From NCBI GenBank assembly GCA_048885525.1, contig JBHLLP010000005.1, positions 7,982 through 71,981 on the forward strand: a DNA stretch of 64,000 bases, read 5' to 3'. Position 1 is the stretch's first letter. Each line of letters opens with the position of its first letter. A model generated the notes under the pieces. It was given only the letters and a program-made list of their open reading frames with translations, made no database searches and was not told the origin of the DNA. The position numbers were made by a program, and so were the translations under genes. Below, piece after piece: positions 18,657 through 28,476 of the stretch. This stretch comes from Candidatus Hermodarchaeota archaeon (lineage in GTDB: Archaea; Asgardarchaeota; Lokiarchaeia; Sigyniarchaeales; SOKP01).

Positions 18657-20435
18657 TCACTTCTTTGGAGTCTTAATATCATTTTCCGATGATATCTCAA
18701 TCCCTTCTTCCTTTTCATAAGGTTTAATCGGTTTAGAGGGATTAATAGGAGTATTACAACCCCAACAAAGATTTTCTAAATCTATCAGCGTCTTGGCACA
18801 ATTCTGACAGTAAATTGTATTACATTCTGGACAAATATAGATATTAAACCTCTCGATATCTCCCTTACAAACCAAACATACCTTTCTTTCTTTATGAACT
18901 GAAATTTTTTCAATAGTCATATGTGTTATGAATGACATCCGATTATGCAACATCCCTTGGATTTGGTCTTCTATATGGGCAAGTTTCATGCGTTCAGTTA
19001 AGGGTGCATTTGATTCTTTTAATTTTTCCCATACGTCTAATTGTTTGAGTAATTTTTCCTGCTCATTTGAAACTTTCATTGCCAACAGTTTATAATTATG
19101 CCTTTCGGCTATTTGTTGAGCTTGGGTCAAGAATCGTCTAGCTTCTTTTATATTCAAAACTATTAACGATAGTCTGGCTTGTAATAGGTAAGTTTCGGCT
19201 AGTAACAAGTGTGAACGGCTTTTCTCAGCTATATCCAATAGTTGAGTAATAAAAGATTGTAACTCCTCTAATATTTCAAGATCACTGGTAATGCGTAAAT
19301 CAATTAAGAGTAAATCGCAAAGATTAAGCAGCGTAAAAGTCAAGAAATCAAAATCAAAAGTTTCTTTAAGACAGTGTTTGAGTATTTTTTCGGCTCTCCC
19401 CCGATTAATAGCTCTTAGGTTAGTTTTCAACATTATTGCCTTATTCATGCGATACACCAGTTTTGATAATTCGCTAATTCCTTGATCTTTGATTTGCTTC
19501 AAACGCATTAAGTATTGCCGCGCTTGTTCAAGATCGTTCATATCTAAAGCTACGTGAAATAGTGAATCGAGTACTTTCCATGGGGAAGAAGTAATGCTTT
19601 CCCAAATTTCTAAGCTTCGCTTTAGGTATTCTTGTGCATGAAATAAGTCGCCTTTTTGTTGATATATTCCCCCAATATTATTAAGAAATCCCGCAATATC
19701 CCTTTTAGAATTCAATTTTTCCGCAATTACTAAACCCTGTTTATTATAATCTAGAGCATTATCTAAATCTCCTTTATATAAGTAAATTGTCCCTATTGTT
19801 GCATAACTTCGCGAAATATTCCGATTGAAATGGTCTTCTTCAAGTGCCAAACCTCGTTTAGCGTATTCTAAAGCACGATCTAGATCACCTTTAAGAGCTA
19901 TAATAAATCCACAACGATTAAGGCACCGCGCAATATTTCGCTCTAATCCATATTCCTCTCCTATTTTCAAGCTATGCTTAAGGTGATCCATGGAGGTATC
20001 TAATTCACCTTTACTTTCATATATAAGACCTTTTATAAAAGAAATAGCCACTTTCTTTCGCGCAAGTTCTTTTGATGATAAATCTATCATTTCAAAGAGC
20101 ACATCTTCATTATTAGAAAGTACTTCTAACGCTTTTTCCTCTTGATTCAGCCATACTAAAGATTCAGCCATAATAAGGGAAGCATCAAGCAATTGAAGAC
20201 GGTTTTTCAATTTTTTACTCTCTTGATATACTTGTTCTGCTAATTTAAGCGCTTCTTGGTCTTGACCTAATCTACTTAAGCTGATACTTTTGAGGAGGTC
20301 GTAAGAAACTTGCTCTTGAGTGGTGAGAATTGTGTTTTCACTCAAATTATTTAGAGTTTGGAGGGCTTCGTAAAATTTTCCTTTCTCTTGGAGCTGTTTT
20401 GCTTGAATTAGTTCCTTAATTTCTGAATTTTGCAT
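18657..20435 (-). CDS. TPR-repeat protein with C-terminal 8-Cys RING/treble-clef-like zinc finger
   Basis: Many TPR-like units (GDLDxALxYxKxGL repeated). C-terminus reads CLVCKGDIERFNIYICPECNTIYCQNCAKTLIDLENLCWGCNTPI. Confidence 0.75.
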   Translation of the reverse strand: MQNSEIKELIQAKQLQEKGKFYEALQTLNNLSENTILTTQEQVSYDLLKSISLSRLGQDQEALKLAEQVYQESKKLKNRLQLLDASLIMAESLVWLNQEEKALEVLSNNEDVLFEMIDLSSKELARKKVAISFIKGLIYESKGELDTSMDHLKHSLKIGEEYGLERNIARCLNRCGFIIALKGDLDRALEYAKRGLALEEDHFNRNISRSYATIGTIYLYKGDLDNALDYNKQGLVIAEKLNSKRDIAGFLNNIGGIYQQKGDLFHAQEYLKRSLEIWESITSSPWKVLDSLFHVALDMNDLEQARQYLMRLKQIKDQGISELSKLVYRMNKAIMLKTNLRAINRGRAEKILKHCLKETFDFDFLTFTLLNLCDLLLIDLRITSDLEILEELQSFITQLLDIAEKSRSHLLLAETYLLQARLSLIVLNIKEARRFLTQAQQIAERHNYKLLAMKVSNEQEKLLKQLDVWEKLKESNAPLTERMKLAHIEDQIQGMLHNRMSFITHMTIEKISVHKERKVCLVCKGDIERFNIYICPECNTIYCQNCAKTLIDLENLCWGCNTPINPSKPIKPYEKEEGIEISSENDIKTPKK

Positions 20436-20539
20436 TTAATTATCTCAATAGAATAAATATTACAAACTTGTCCAAAACGTTTTAAATACAATTAATAAAG
20501 TAAGTTAGTTTTCAATTTAAATGTAATTTATAATTTCAG

Positions 20540-20597
20540 TCTGAAAAAGCAATTGCCAAGATGGAATTAGAAAAAATTTAATTACTTTTTTTAAAAT
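20540..20597 (+). repeat. Direct repeat copy B2: orphan duplicate of the 3' end of the 15709..16848 gene
   Basis: tct gaa aaa gca att gcc aag atg gaa tta gaa aaa att taa encodes SEKAIAKMELEKI*, compared with SGKAISQMELEKT* in the gene. It lies in the spacer between two minus-strand genes. Confidence 0.85.
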
Positions 20598-20614
20598 TCT
20601 AGAGTTTTATTATT

Positions 20615-21862
20615 TCAAATTTGATGTTCAGCTTTTCCTATATGGTCAAGCTTATGAATATCAGTGAATATCCATATTAATATTGTAACAGCAATTCCAA
20701 TAATAATACTGAAGAGATATAGATTTTTAATGCCGAGCAATACCGCAAGTGGTCCCGATAAAAATGACCCAATAGGCATTATAGCAAAAGTCAACGAGTG
20801 GTCAAGTGAAACAATTCTTCCTACTTTATCAGAAGGAACAGAGCTTTGTAGTAGAGTTGCATAGTTTACAATTATGAAATTAAAAGACATTCCTTGAATA
20901 AATAATCCAATTCCCATAACAATAAAATGTCCTATTGGTGCGATTATTAAAAAAGAGTATCCTAAAAAGATCATCAATGTACCAAACATCATTATGAAGG
21001 TTTTATGCCAATATTCTTTTTTAAATGAATTAATTATCCCGCCAGTGATATTGGCTACTGACATGAACATTGAGACAAATGCTAAATTGATTGGATTGCC
21101 ATTATGGATTTCTTTAATAAAATAAGGTAATAAAACAGAAAACGGTCTCCAAAGAAAGTTTATAACCATAGCAAAGAATATTAGACTTAATAACCCAGGA
21201 ACAGCTTTAACTGTTTTTAATCCCAATTTAAACTCGTGAAAAAATGAAGTCTTTCCTTCTTCTTTAGTAACTTGGCTCACCGAAGGAATTGTAATGAAAA
21301 GCAATGGGATAAGCGCAATTATAAACGTAATAATATCAATCATAAAAATTAGTTCAATGGGTAGAATTAACAAAAGAATTCCTCCCAAAATTGGTCCAAT
21401 AATAAATATGAAACTATTGAATACATTATTTATTGCATTAACTCTATTCAATCTATCTTTTGGCACCATTGAAGGTATGATAGCGTTAAAAGCCGGTAAA
21501 TGAAATGCCTGAAGTATACTGCGAATAGTATTAACTGAAAGAACTAGCCAAACATTTGTAAGACCAAAAAAAAATAAAAGAGACAATCCGAAAGTTACAC
21601 ACGCTTGAATAGCATCTATAGAAATTATAATATATTTTCGATTTAATCTATCTACTAATACTCCCGCAATCGGCGCAATAAAAATTTGAGGTACAATATA
21701 TAGAACTGATGATAAAGAAAGATAAATAGGATTATCAGCGATCCACCAACTTATTACAAAATAAACAATTGAGGAACCGAGTAAAGAAAATTCTTGTCCG
21801 AATAGGAAATAAAAGAAGTTTTTGTAGTACTTTTTTGATGAATTTTCTTCCAATAATATCAA
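20615..21862 (-). CDS. MFS transporter
   Basis: About 12 hydrophobic helices; GVLVDRLNRKYIII loop motif typical of MFS. Confidence 0.8.
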   Translation of the reverse strand: MILLEENSSKKYYKNFFYFLFGQEFSLLGSSIVYFVISWWIADNPIYLSLSSVLYIVPQIFIAPIAGVLVDRLNRKYIIISIDAIQACVTFGLSLLFFFGLTNVWLVLSVNTIRSILQAFHLPAFNAIIPSMVPKDRLNRVNAINNVFNSFIFIIGPILGGILLLILPIELIFMIDIITFIIALIPLLFITIPSVSQVTKEEGKTSFFHEFKLGLKTVKAVPGLLSLIFFAMVINFLWRPFSVLLPYFIKEIHNGNPINLAFVSMFMSVANITGGIINSFKKEYWHKTFIMMFGTLMIFLGYSFLIIAPIGHFIVMGIGLFIQGMSFNFIIVNYATLLQSSVPSDKVGRIVSLDHSLTFAIMPIGSFLSGPLAVLLGIKNLYLFSIIIGIAVTILIWIFTDIHKLDHIGKAEHQI

Positions 21863-22047
21863 CTGCCAATTAATTTAAAAATTAAATGTTTCTTGAGTTT
21901 TTAATTCTATGATTTCTTGTTATTTTAAGTCGAAATATGTAGGTTTAGAAAGAAATACTAATTTTTTTAAATGTTATTTTTTTAGCTTAAATAAGCTTCT
22001 TGGTAAAATACATTTAAGAATTATAAAAGTCTTGATGAAGAGATAAT

Positions 22048-23994
22048 TTGCGTTATTCAGATTATAAAATCCATCCAATTCCCCTCTCTCAGGTAAGAAT
22101 TGAAGATAAATTCTGGTCTTCTAAAATTGAAGTTAATAATCTAATAACAATTCCTCATGCCTTTAAAAATTTAGAAAATACTGGAAGTATTGACAATTTT
22201 TTTAGAGCTGCGGCATTTTTAAGAGATGGAAAAGCACCGACATTTCCTTTTGATGATTCTGATGTCTATAAAGTTATTGAAGGAGCAGCATATTCACTAA
22301 TTTTAATTCCGAATCTTAAACTCGAAAAATATCTTGATAATTTAATTGAAAAAATAGCAGCAGCTCAAGAAGATGATGGATACATATATACTACTCGTAC
22401 AATAAACCCTGATAAACCTCATATATGGGCAGGGAAAAAAAGATGGGAATTAGTTTCAGTTTTAAGTCATGAATTATATAATATAGGTCATCTTATTGAA
22501 GCTGCTATCGCTTACTATCAAGCTACAGGTAAAAAAAAGTTGTTAAATGTAGCGATCAAGAGTGGAGACTTAGTGGAGATGGATTTTGGGCCGGGGAAAA
22601 TCGAAAAAATTCCAGGACATCAAGAGATTGAATTAGCGTTAGTAAAATTATTTAAAACGACTAATAATGACAAATATCTGCGCTTAGCTAAGTATTTTCT
22701 TGATATTCGTGGTTCTACTAATGTATTTGAGCATCAAAATTCGTTTAAACAATTAAAAAATGATAACCCTCTTATACAGAATACAAATGCCCGAGAATAT
22801 AACCAAAGCCATAAAAGAATTATTGAACAGGATGAAGTAGTTGGGCATGCTGTTAGAGCAATGTATATGTATTCTGCCATTACAGACATATCAGCCCTTT
22901 ATAACGATATAAAATATCGATCTGCTATAACTAGACTTTGGGATAATATAATTTCAAAAAAAATATATATTACAGGTGGAATTGGGTCGAGATCACATGA
23001 ATATGGGGAAAGTTTCTGGGATGATTATAAATTACCTAATTTTGAAGCATATAATGAAACTTGTGCAGCTATCGGAAATATGTTTTGGAATTACCGACTT
23101 TTTTTATTACAGGAAGATGCTAAATATATTGATGTTCTAGAGCGAATATTATATAACAGTTTCCTCTCAGGAATCTCTATTGATGGGAAGAAATTTTTTT
23201 ATTCTAATCCGCTTGCTTCAAAGGGAAATGCTAGAAGGAGATCTTGGTGGAAGGTAGCTTGTTGTCCTACGAACTTCGTGCGATTTATTCCCCAGATTTC
23301 GAGTTATATTTATGCTAATGCGAATAATTGTATTTTTGTTAATCTTTTTGTTGGAAGTAGTGCATCAATTAATCTTCAAGACACAGAAGTGTCATTATTT
23401 CAAGAAACAAATTACCCATGGGATGGAGCTGTGAAAATTACACTCTTCCTTACTCAAAAGAAACAATTTGTAATTGCAATTCGAATTCCTGGATGGACTC
23501 AGAATAAACCCATGCCAAGTGATTTATATCGCTACTTAACAGTGAATAATCAGAAAACAAAGTTAAAAGTTAACAATGAAATAATGGAATTTGAAATAAA
23601 AAATGGATTTGCTAGAATTCAAAGAACTTGGAAAGATAATGACACCATTGAGTTAAACCTACCAATGCCTATTAGAAGGGTAATAAGTGATCCAAAGCTT
23701 AAAGAAAATAACAATAGAGTAGCAATTGAGCGAGGTCCAATTGTTTATTGTATTGAAAGCATTGATAACGAAGGTGAATCAATATTTAACATCAAATTAA
23801 ACGATAATGATTCACTTCAAGAGAAATATCAGAGTAGTCTACTTAAAGGAATTGTCACCATTACAAATTATGTTAAAAGAAAGAATAAGAACCTGGAGAA
23901 AATATTTGCGATTCCTTATTATGCGTGGGCTAATCGAGGTAAAAGTAAAATGACAGTATGGATATGTCGAGACTCTCAAGTAGCTCTTTCTTAA
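22048..23994 (+). CDS. Glycoside hydrolase family 127 (DUF1680, beta-L-arabinofuranosidase-like); TTG start
   Basis: HELYNIGHLIEAAIAYY, NETCAAIGN and ACCPTN motifs, corresponding to the GH127 Glu/Cys zinc and nucleophile sites. Confidence 0.85.
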   Translation: MRYSDYKIHPIPLSQVRIEDKFWSSKIEVNNLITIPHAFKNLENTGSIDNFFRAAAFLRDGKAPTFPFDDSDVYKVIEGAAYSLILIPNLKLEKYLDNLIEKIAAAQEDDGYIYTTRTINPDKPHIWAGKKRWELVSVLSHELYNIGHLIEAAIAYYQATGKKKLLNVAIKSGDLVEMDFGPGKIEKIPGHQEIELALVKLFKTTNNDKYLRLAKYFLDIRGSTNVFEHQNSFKQLKNDNPLIQNTNAREYNQSHKRIIEQDEVVGHAVRAMYMYSAITDISALYNDIKYRSAITRLWDNIISKKIYITGGIGSRSHEYGESFWDDYKLPNFEAYNETCAAIGNMFWNYRLFLLQEDAKYIDVLERILYNSFLSGISIDGKKFFYSNPLASKGNARRRSWWKVACCPTNFVRFIPQISSYIYANANNCIFVNLFVGSSASINLQDTEVSLFQETNYPWDGAVKITLFLTQKKQFVIAIRIPGWTQNKPMPSDLYRYLTVNNQKTKLKVNNEIMEFEIKNGFARIQRTWKDNDTIELNLPMPIRRVISDPKLKENNNRVAIERGPIVYCIESIDNEGESIFNIKLNDNDSLQEKYQSSLLKGIVTITNYVKRKNKNLEKIFAIPYYAWANRGKSKMTVWICRDSQVALS

Positions 23995-24083
23995 TGTTAA
24001 TATTACGAATTGGGTTAAGTTTTAATGAAAAAAAAGATTTATTAAGAGTAATAGATCAATGAATAAGAATATCTCAAAATTAT

Positions 24084-24749
24084 ATGACAAATTTTAAATC
24101 TGTTGTCAGTAAACTACAAAAACACTATCCTGATGCATCGGATGTAGTTATTGTGAGCAATAACGGTAAAATTCTTTATTCAACAAGTAAATGGGATGTT
24201 AAAAATGATATTAATAGTTTTTTAAGTAGCTGGGAAAGTGGTACCGCGCAATTTGTAACTCTAAATGGGATTAGATATTCAATACTTCAAATGGAGCCTG
24301 AACGCTTTATTGGGACTAATCGCCAAAAAAAGGGACATCTTATCGGTGCCGCATCTCCAGATGGAGAAAAATATATGGTAGCTCATATTAAACCAAAAGC
24401 AAAAGGCTGGTTCCATATGGCTTATCCTGCTGTAGCAAGAGCCGCAGCTATGTTGAAAAAAGGCATAAAATCTGAATTTATTGGATCTAAAATTGATTTA
24501 TCTAGTGAAACTAAGCAAGAGAGCGTGTACGAGAGCTCATCAAGGCAAACTGTAGCCTACCAACCTGCTCCAACTGAACCTACAATTGATCCTTATCTTA
24601 AAGCAGAAGTTGAAGGCTTTTTACAATGGATAAATAACCCATCAGGATTAGCTGGTTATATTTCTTATGTTTTACAACAAAACGACCAATATCGAATTTC
24701 TAGACTTGCTGAACTTTATAATGAATTATATCACTTATTTTTTGATTAG
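24084..24749 (+). CDS. Asgard-type profilin homologue with a roughly 95-aa C-terminal extension
   Basis: The core VVIVSNNGKILYSTSKWDV...LNGIRYSILQMEPERFIGTNRQKKGHLIGAASPDGEKYMVAHI...AVARAAAML follows the profilin / Loki-profilin pattern. It is followed by an S/T/Q/P-rich linker and a helical tail. Confidence 0.6.
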   Translation: MTNFKSVVSKLQKHYPDASDVVIVSNNGKILYSTSKWDVKNDINSFLSSWESGTAQFVTLNGIRYSILQMEPERFIGTNRQKKGHLIGAASPDGEKYMVAHIKPKAKGWFHMAYPAVARAAAMLKKGIKSEFIGSKIDLSSETKQESVYESSSRQTVAYQPAPTEPTIDPYLKAEVEGFLQWINNPSGLAGYISYVLQQNDQYRISRLAELYNELYHLFFD

Positions 24750-24936
24750 GAGATCCCGCTTAATAATCATCTTTTTAATTTAAGTTATATTCTACACTAA
24801 AGTTTAAATTCGCTTAGTCAATTAATTTAAACTTTAAATATTCATTACACTGAAACGATATTCTTAATTGAAACGTTTATTATCTTATATGAATTATAAA
24901 TAATTAATCTAAAATTCATAACGAATAAGAGAAAAA

Positions 24937-25710
24937 ATGAGTCTACCGTCAAAAAAAGCTATTCAAGTGGATGAGAATACAGTAGATTATGAGTACAAGA
25001 TGTTAAATCATGTTATGCAACTAAGATACCACGAAGATAAATGCGTCGAATGTGGATTTTGTCATCGTGTTTGCCCCGTTACTGTCTCTATTTATGATGA
25101 ACCTCTAAAAAAGACAGCTATAGGAACCCCAAAAGATATGAAAATTGAATCAAACAAAAAAATCGTAGTCGATACTGAAAAATGCGTCTGGTGCGGGTGT
25201 TGTACATGGATCTGTCCTGGTTATACATTAGAGCTTTTCATTAATGGTGAGAAAAAACTAAATGTAGTTGAAAATGGTTCACTTCCCGAATTTGAAGAAG
25301 AGGTAAGAACATTAGAGAATGGACAAAAAGTACGTAAGGTTGTAGAAGGGTCTATAACAATTAATTGCAATGAGAAGGATACAAAGGTTTTAGATGCTTT
25401 TTGTGATGAATGCGCTGTAAGTGCCATGGAAAGAAAGGATAAAGAAATTGAAGCAGATCGAGATAAATGTATTTTATGCTTTAAATGTACTGAAGCTGCA
25501 GATAATTATGATAATATTAGCGTTGAGATTCATCGCGATAGATTTAAAAATATAAAAGGAGAACCTTCTTCTGTGTGGAATGGCATCATGTTGAGAGTTC
25601 TTGGAAAAGAAGGTAAAATTAAAGGAATTATGAGCCGAAGTCAAAACAAACTTGCTGATGCCGTGATGCGATTAATGGGAAAAGAATTTAAAGAAGAAGA
25701 GGAAGCCTAA
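24937..25710 (+). CDS. Polyferredoxin-like 4Fe-4S protein
   Basis: CVECGFCHRVCP, CVWCGCCTWICP, CDECAVSAM, CILCFKCTEA. Confidence 0.6.
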   Translation: MSLPSKKAIQVDENTVDYEYKMLNHVMQLRYHEDKCVECGFCHRVCPVTVSIYDEPLKKTAIGTPKDMKIESNKKIVVDTEKCVWCGCCTWICPGYTLELFINGEKKLNVVENGSLPEFEEEVRTLENGQKVRKVVEGSITINCNEKDTKVLDAFCDECAVSAMERKDKEIEADRDKCILCFKCTEAADNYDNISVEIHRDRFKNIKGEPSSVWNGIMLRVLGKEGKIKGIMSRSQNKLADAVMRLMGKEFKEEEEA

Positions 25711-25736
25711 ATCTCCACTTTTTTATATTATTTTTA

Positions 25737-26633
25737 TTATTTACTCCCTAGTATTTTTTGTTTGTATAATTTATTCTGGTCGAATGCTTGTATAATATCA
25801 TTCATACGATTTTTAATATTTCTCTTATACATTAGATCTGTATGGGATAATATATAAAATGCATCATCTTTTATTGCTTGAAATATAATCTCACCTGCTT
25901 GATTGGGTGAAAGACCCGCTTCAAACATTCGACGAAGCATTTCGAACGTTTTTTTAGATTCTGGATAGTTCTTAATCACTTTTTCTGTAGCAGACATATA
26001 ATCTGGACCACGATATTCATCAGGACGATTTCGTTCACAATCCATTATCGTTGTATTTACAAATGATGGGCAAAAAACAGAAACCTTTATTTTTGAATTT
26101 GCTTGTTCAAGCTCCCCTGCTAAAGCTTCAGAGAGAGCAACAACACCATGTTTTGTAGCAGCATAAATCCCAGTTCCCGTTTCACCTGACATGAGACCAG
26201 CAAGAGATGCTGTGTTTACGATATGACACTCATTATCTTGTTTAAGCATGATTGGGACAAAATTACGAATGCCATGGATTACACCCCAAAAGTTCACATT
26301 AATAATCCATTTCCAATCGAGTAGAGAATGTTCCCACATAGGTCCAGGCAAGACAACCCCAGCATTATTACATAATAAATTTACTTCACCGAAAGTATCT
26401 ATTGTTTTTTGCGCTAAATTTTCAACATGTTCCGCTTTTGTAACATCTGTTAATACAGATAACACCGCTACTCCCGCTGCTTTTAATTCATCTTCAGCTT
26501 TAGATAATGCATCTGCTTCAAGATCGGCAAGTACAATCTTCATCCCTTCCTTTGCAGCTATGTTAGCAATTCCACGCCCAATACCATTTGCGCCACCAGT
26601 GATAACCGCTACTTTATCTTTAAAATCTTTCAT
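25737..26633 (-). CDS. Short-chain dehydrogenase/reductase (SDR)
   Basis: TGGANGIGRG, NNAG and YAATK motifs. Confidence 0.85.
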   Translation of the reverse strand: MKDFKDKVAVITGGANGIGRGIANIAAKEGMKIVLADLEADALSKAEDELKAAGVAVLSVLTDVTKAEHVENLAQKTIDTFGEVNLLCNNAGVVLPGPMWEHSLLDWKWIINVNFWGVIHGIRNFVPIMLKQDNECHIVNTASLAGLMSGETGTGIYAATKHGVVALSEALAGELEQANSKIKVSVFCPSFVNTTIMDCERNRPDEYRGPDYMSATEKVIKNYPESKKTFEMLRRMFEAGLSPNQAGEIIFQAIKDDAFYILSHTDLMYKRNIKNRMNDIIQAFDQNKLYKQKILGSK

Positions 26634-26866
26634 ATATATCTCACTCTAATTTTTCTTTTTTAAAACCAACATTGGATATTTATAAAAGATAATAAGATTA
26701 TTTATAACATTTATTAAAAAAAAAGCAAAATTAAATTATTTCACATTTATATCTCCTTTAAATTTCCTACATATCGTTCTTATATGTGGAAAAATATAAA
26801 ACTAAAAAATTAAAAAACTATCTACCACATATTTAGATTGTCATTTCTAAATTAAATATAAAAAAA

Positions 26867-27883
26867 GTGATAATGATGGCAAAAAGAGTCGCAATTAATG
26901 GTTTTGGTAGAATCGGTCGATTATTTTTTAGAGCAGTATACGATAATTTCTGGAATGACATTGATGTTGTTTCAATTAACGATCTGTTTGAACCCAAATA
27001 TTTAGCATATGCCTTAAAATATGATACCGTCTTTGGAAGATTTAAAGGAAAAGTAGAATCAACTGAAAATTCATTGATTATCGATGGTAAAAATATACCA
27101 ATCACTGCTGAGAGAGATCCTGCGAATTTACCACATGCTAATAATAATATTGATGTTGCTGCTGAATGTACCGGTCGATTTGTTAATAGAGAAGGAGCTA
27201 GCAAACATTTAACTGCTGGCGCAAAAAGAGTCCTAATTAGTGCTCCAGCAACGGATCCAGATATTACTGTTGTATTGGGATGTAATGATGATAAAATTTC
27301 ATATGAGCATAAGATTATTTCGAATGCTTCCTGTACAACTAACTGTCTAGCACCTGTAGTTAAAGTTCTGCAAGATAATTTCAAAATCAAATACGGTTTA
27401 ATGACAACTATCCACTCATATACAAATGATCAAACTACAGGAGATATCGCAAGAGCAGGTAGTCCAGATAAAATGATTCGTGGAAGATCTGCTGCTCAAA
27501 ATATGATTCCTACATCTACAGGTGCAGCTAAAGCAATTGGATTAGTTTTTCCTGAATTAAAGGGGAAACTAGATGGTATTGCTGTAAGAGTACCAACAAT
27601 CGACGGTAGTGTAGTAGATTTAAAAGCTATTCTAGAAACTAGATGTAATGCTGAAGATATTAATTCTAAAATGAAGGAAGCCTCCAATAACAGTTTAAGG
27701 GGTATCTTAGAATATACTGAAGACCCAATTGTAAGTAGTGATATTATAGGGAACCCACACAGCTCAATATTCAATAGTCTTTGGACTAAAGTTATTGAGG
27801 ATCAAGTTTTTGTGTTGAGCTGGTATGATAATGAATGGGGTTTCTCTAACCGAATGGCTGAATTGATTATTAAAAGATTATAA
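26867..27883 (+). CDS. gap: Glyceraldehyde-3-phosphate dehydrogenase, class I (bacterial/eukaryotic type); likely ATG start at 26873/26876
   Basis: INGFGRIGR, active site SNASCTTNCLAP, WYDNEWGFSNR. Confidence 0.95.
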   Translation: MIMMAKRVAINGFGRIGRLFFRAVYDNFWNDIDVVSINDLFEPKYLAYALKYDTVFGRFKGKVESTENSLIIDGKNIPITAERDPANLPHANNNIDVAAECTGRFVNREGASKHLTAGAKRVLISAPATDPDITVVLGCNDDKISYEHKIISNASCTTNCLAPVVKVLQDNFKIKYGLMTTIHSYTNDQTTGDIARAGSPDKMIRGRSAAQNMIPTSTGAAKAIGLVFPELKGKLDGIAVRVPTIDGSVVDLKAILETRCNAEDINSKMKEASNNSLRGILEYTEDPIVSSDIIGNPHSSIFNSLWTKVIEDQVFVLSWYDNEWGFSNRMAELIIKRL

Positions 27884-27919
27884 ATGTAAAATTTATTCAA
27901 TCCTTTTTTTATTTTTTTC

Positions 27920-28474
27920 CTATAATATAAGATTTAGAAGTGTAATTATAGTTATTAAGAAACTACTTAATAGAATTATAAAAAGATTAGAACTCTGCGT
28001 TTTAATTCTTCTTCTTATAAGCATGAATTTAAATCCTACAGCAATGTGTAATATTATACAAATTGCTAGAAAGTAATCATAATAGATATGCACTTCAAAA
28101 GGAATTACAATTCCTATAGTTCCTTGATACCAATCAAAATATCCTAGACCTGATAAAACAACCAAAGCGGCTAAAATGATTATTACTCTATTTGTAATTA
28201 GTTGTATCAACCTTAATATGTATATGGGGCGAGCTCTTTCATTTTTTAGCCCTTTAAAGATTCGAGGAAACCAAAGTTTCAAGTATTTTTGTGAAAGAAT
28301 GCAGTGGATAATAAGTAATCCCATTAAAGTCCATTCGACAACCATGTGAAGAATGGGATAGAAATCATAAATTTCCAGAAATTCATGTGAACTCACTATA
28401 GCAAGCACAAATAATGAAAAAACTGCAACTAACCAAGATATATTCCTGTGTAATTTTAATCCGTTTATTTTCAT
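27920..28474 (-). CDS. Integral membrane protein, His-rich helices (possibly DUF4405/cytochrome-b-like)
   Basis: Four to five hydrophobic helices with conserved His residues. Abuts the upstream methyltransferase gene. Confidence 0.4.
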   Translation of the reverse strand: MKINGLKLHRNISWLVAVFSLFVLAIVSSHEFLEIYDFYPILHMVVEWTLMGLLIIHCILSQKYLKLWFPRIFKGLKNERARPIYILRLIQLITNRVIIILAALVVLSGLGYFDWYQGTIGIVIPFEVHIYYDYFLAICIILHIAVGFKFMLIRRRIKTQSSNLFIILLSSFLITIITLLNLIL

Positions 28475-28476
28475 AA

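Noticed and set aside
26770-26800. Short inverted repeat (ACATAT ... ATATGT) upstream of gap as an operator.
   Set aside because: It is only 6 bp, composed entirely of A/T plus one C/G, in AT-rich sequence. It cannot be distinguished from chance.
26833-27390. 185-aa ORF antisense to gap.
   Set aside because: It lies entirely inside, and antisense to, the strongly supported class I GAPDH gene. It has a low-complexity composition and no recognisable motifs.
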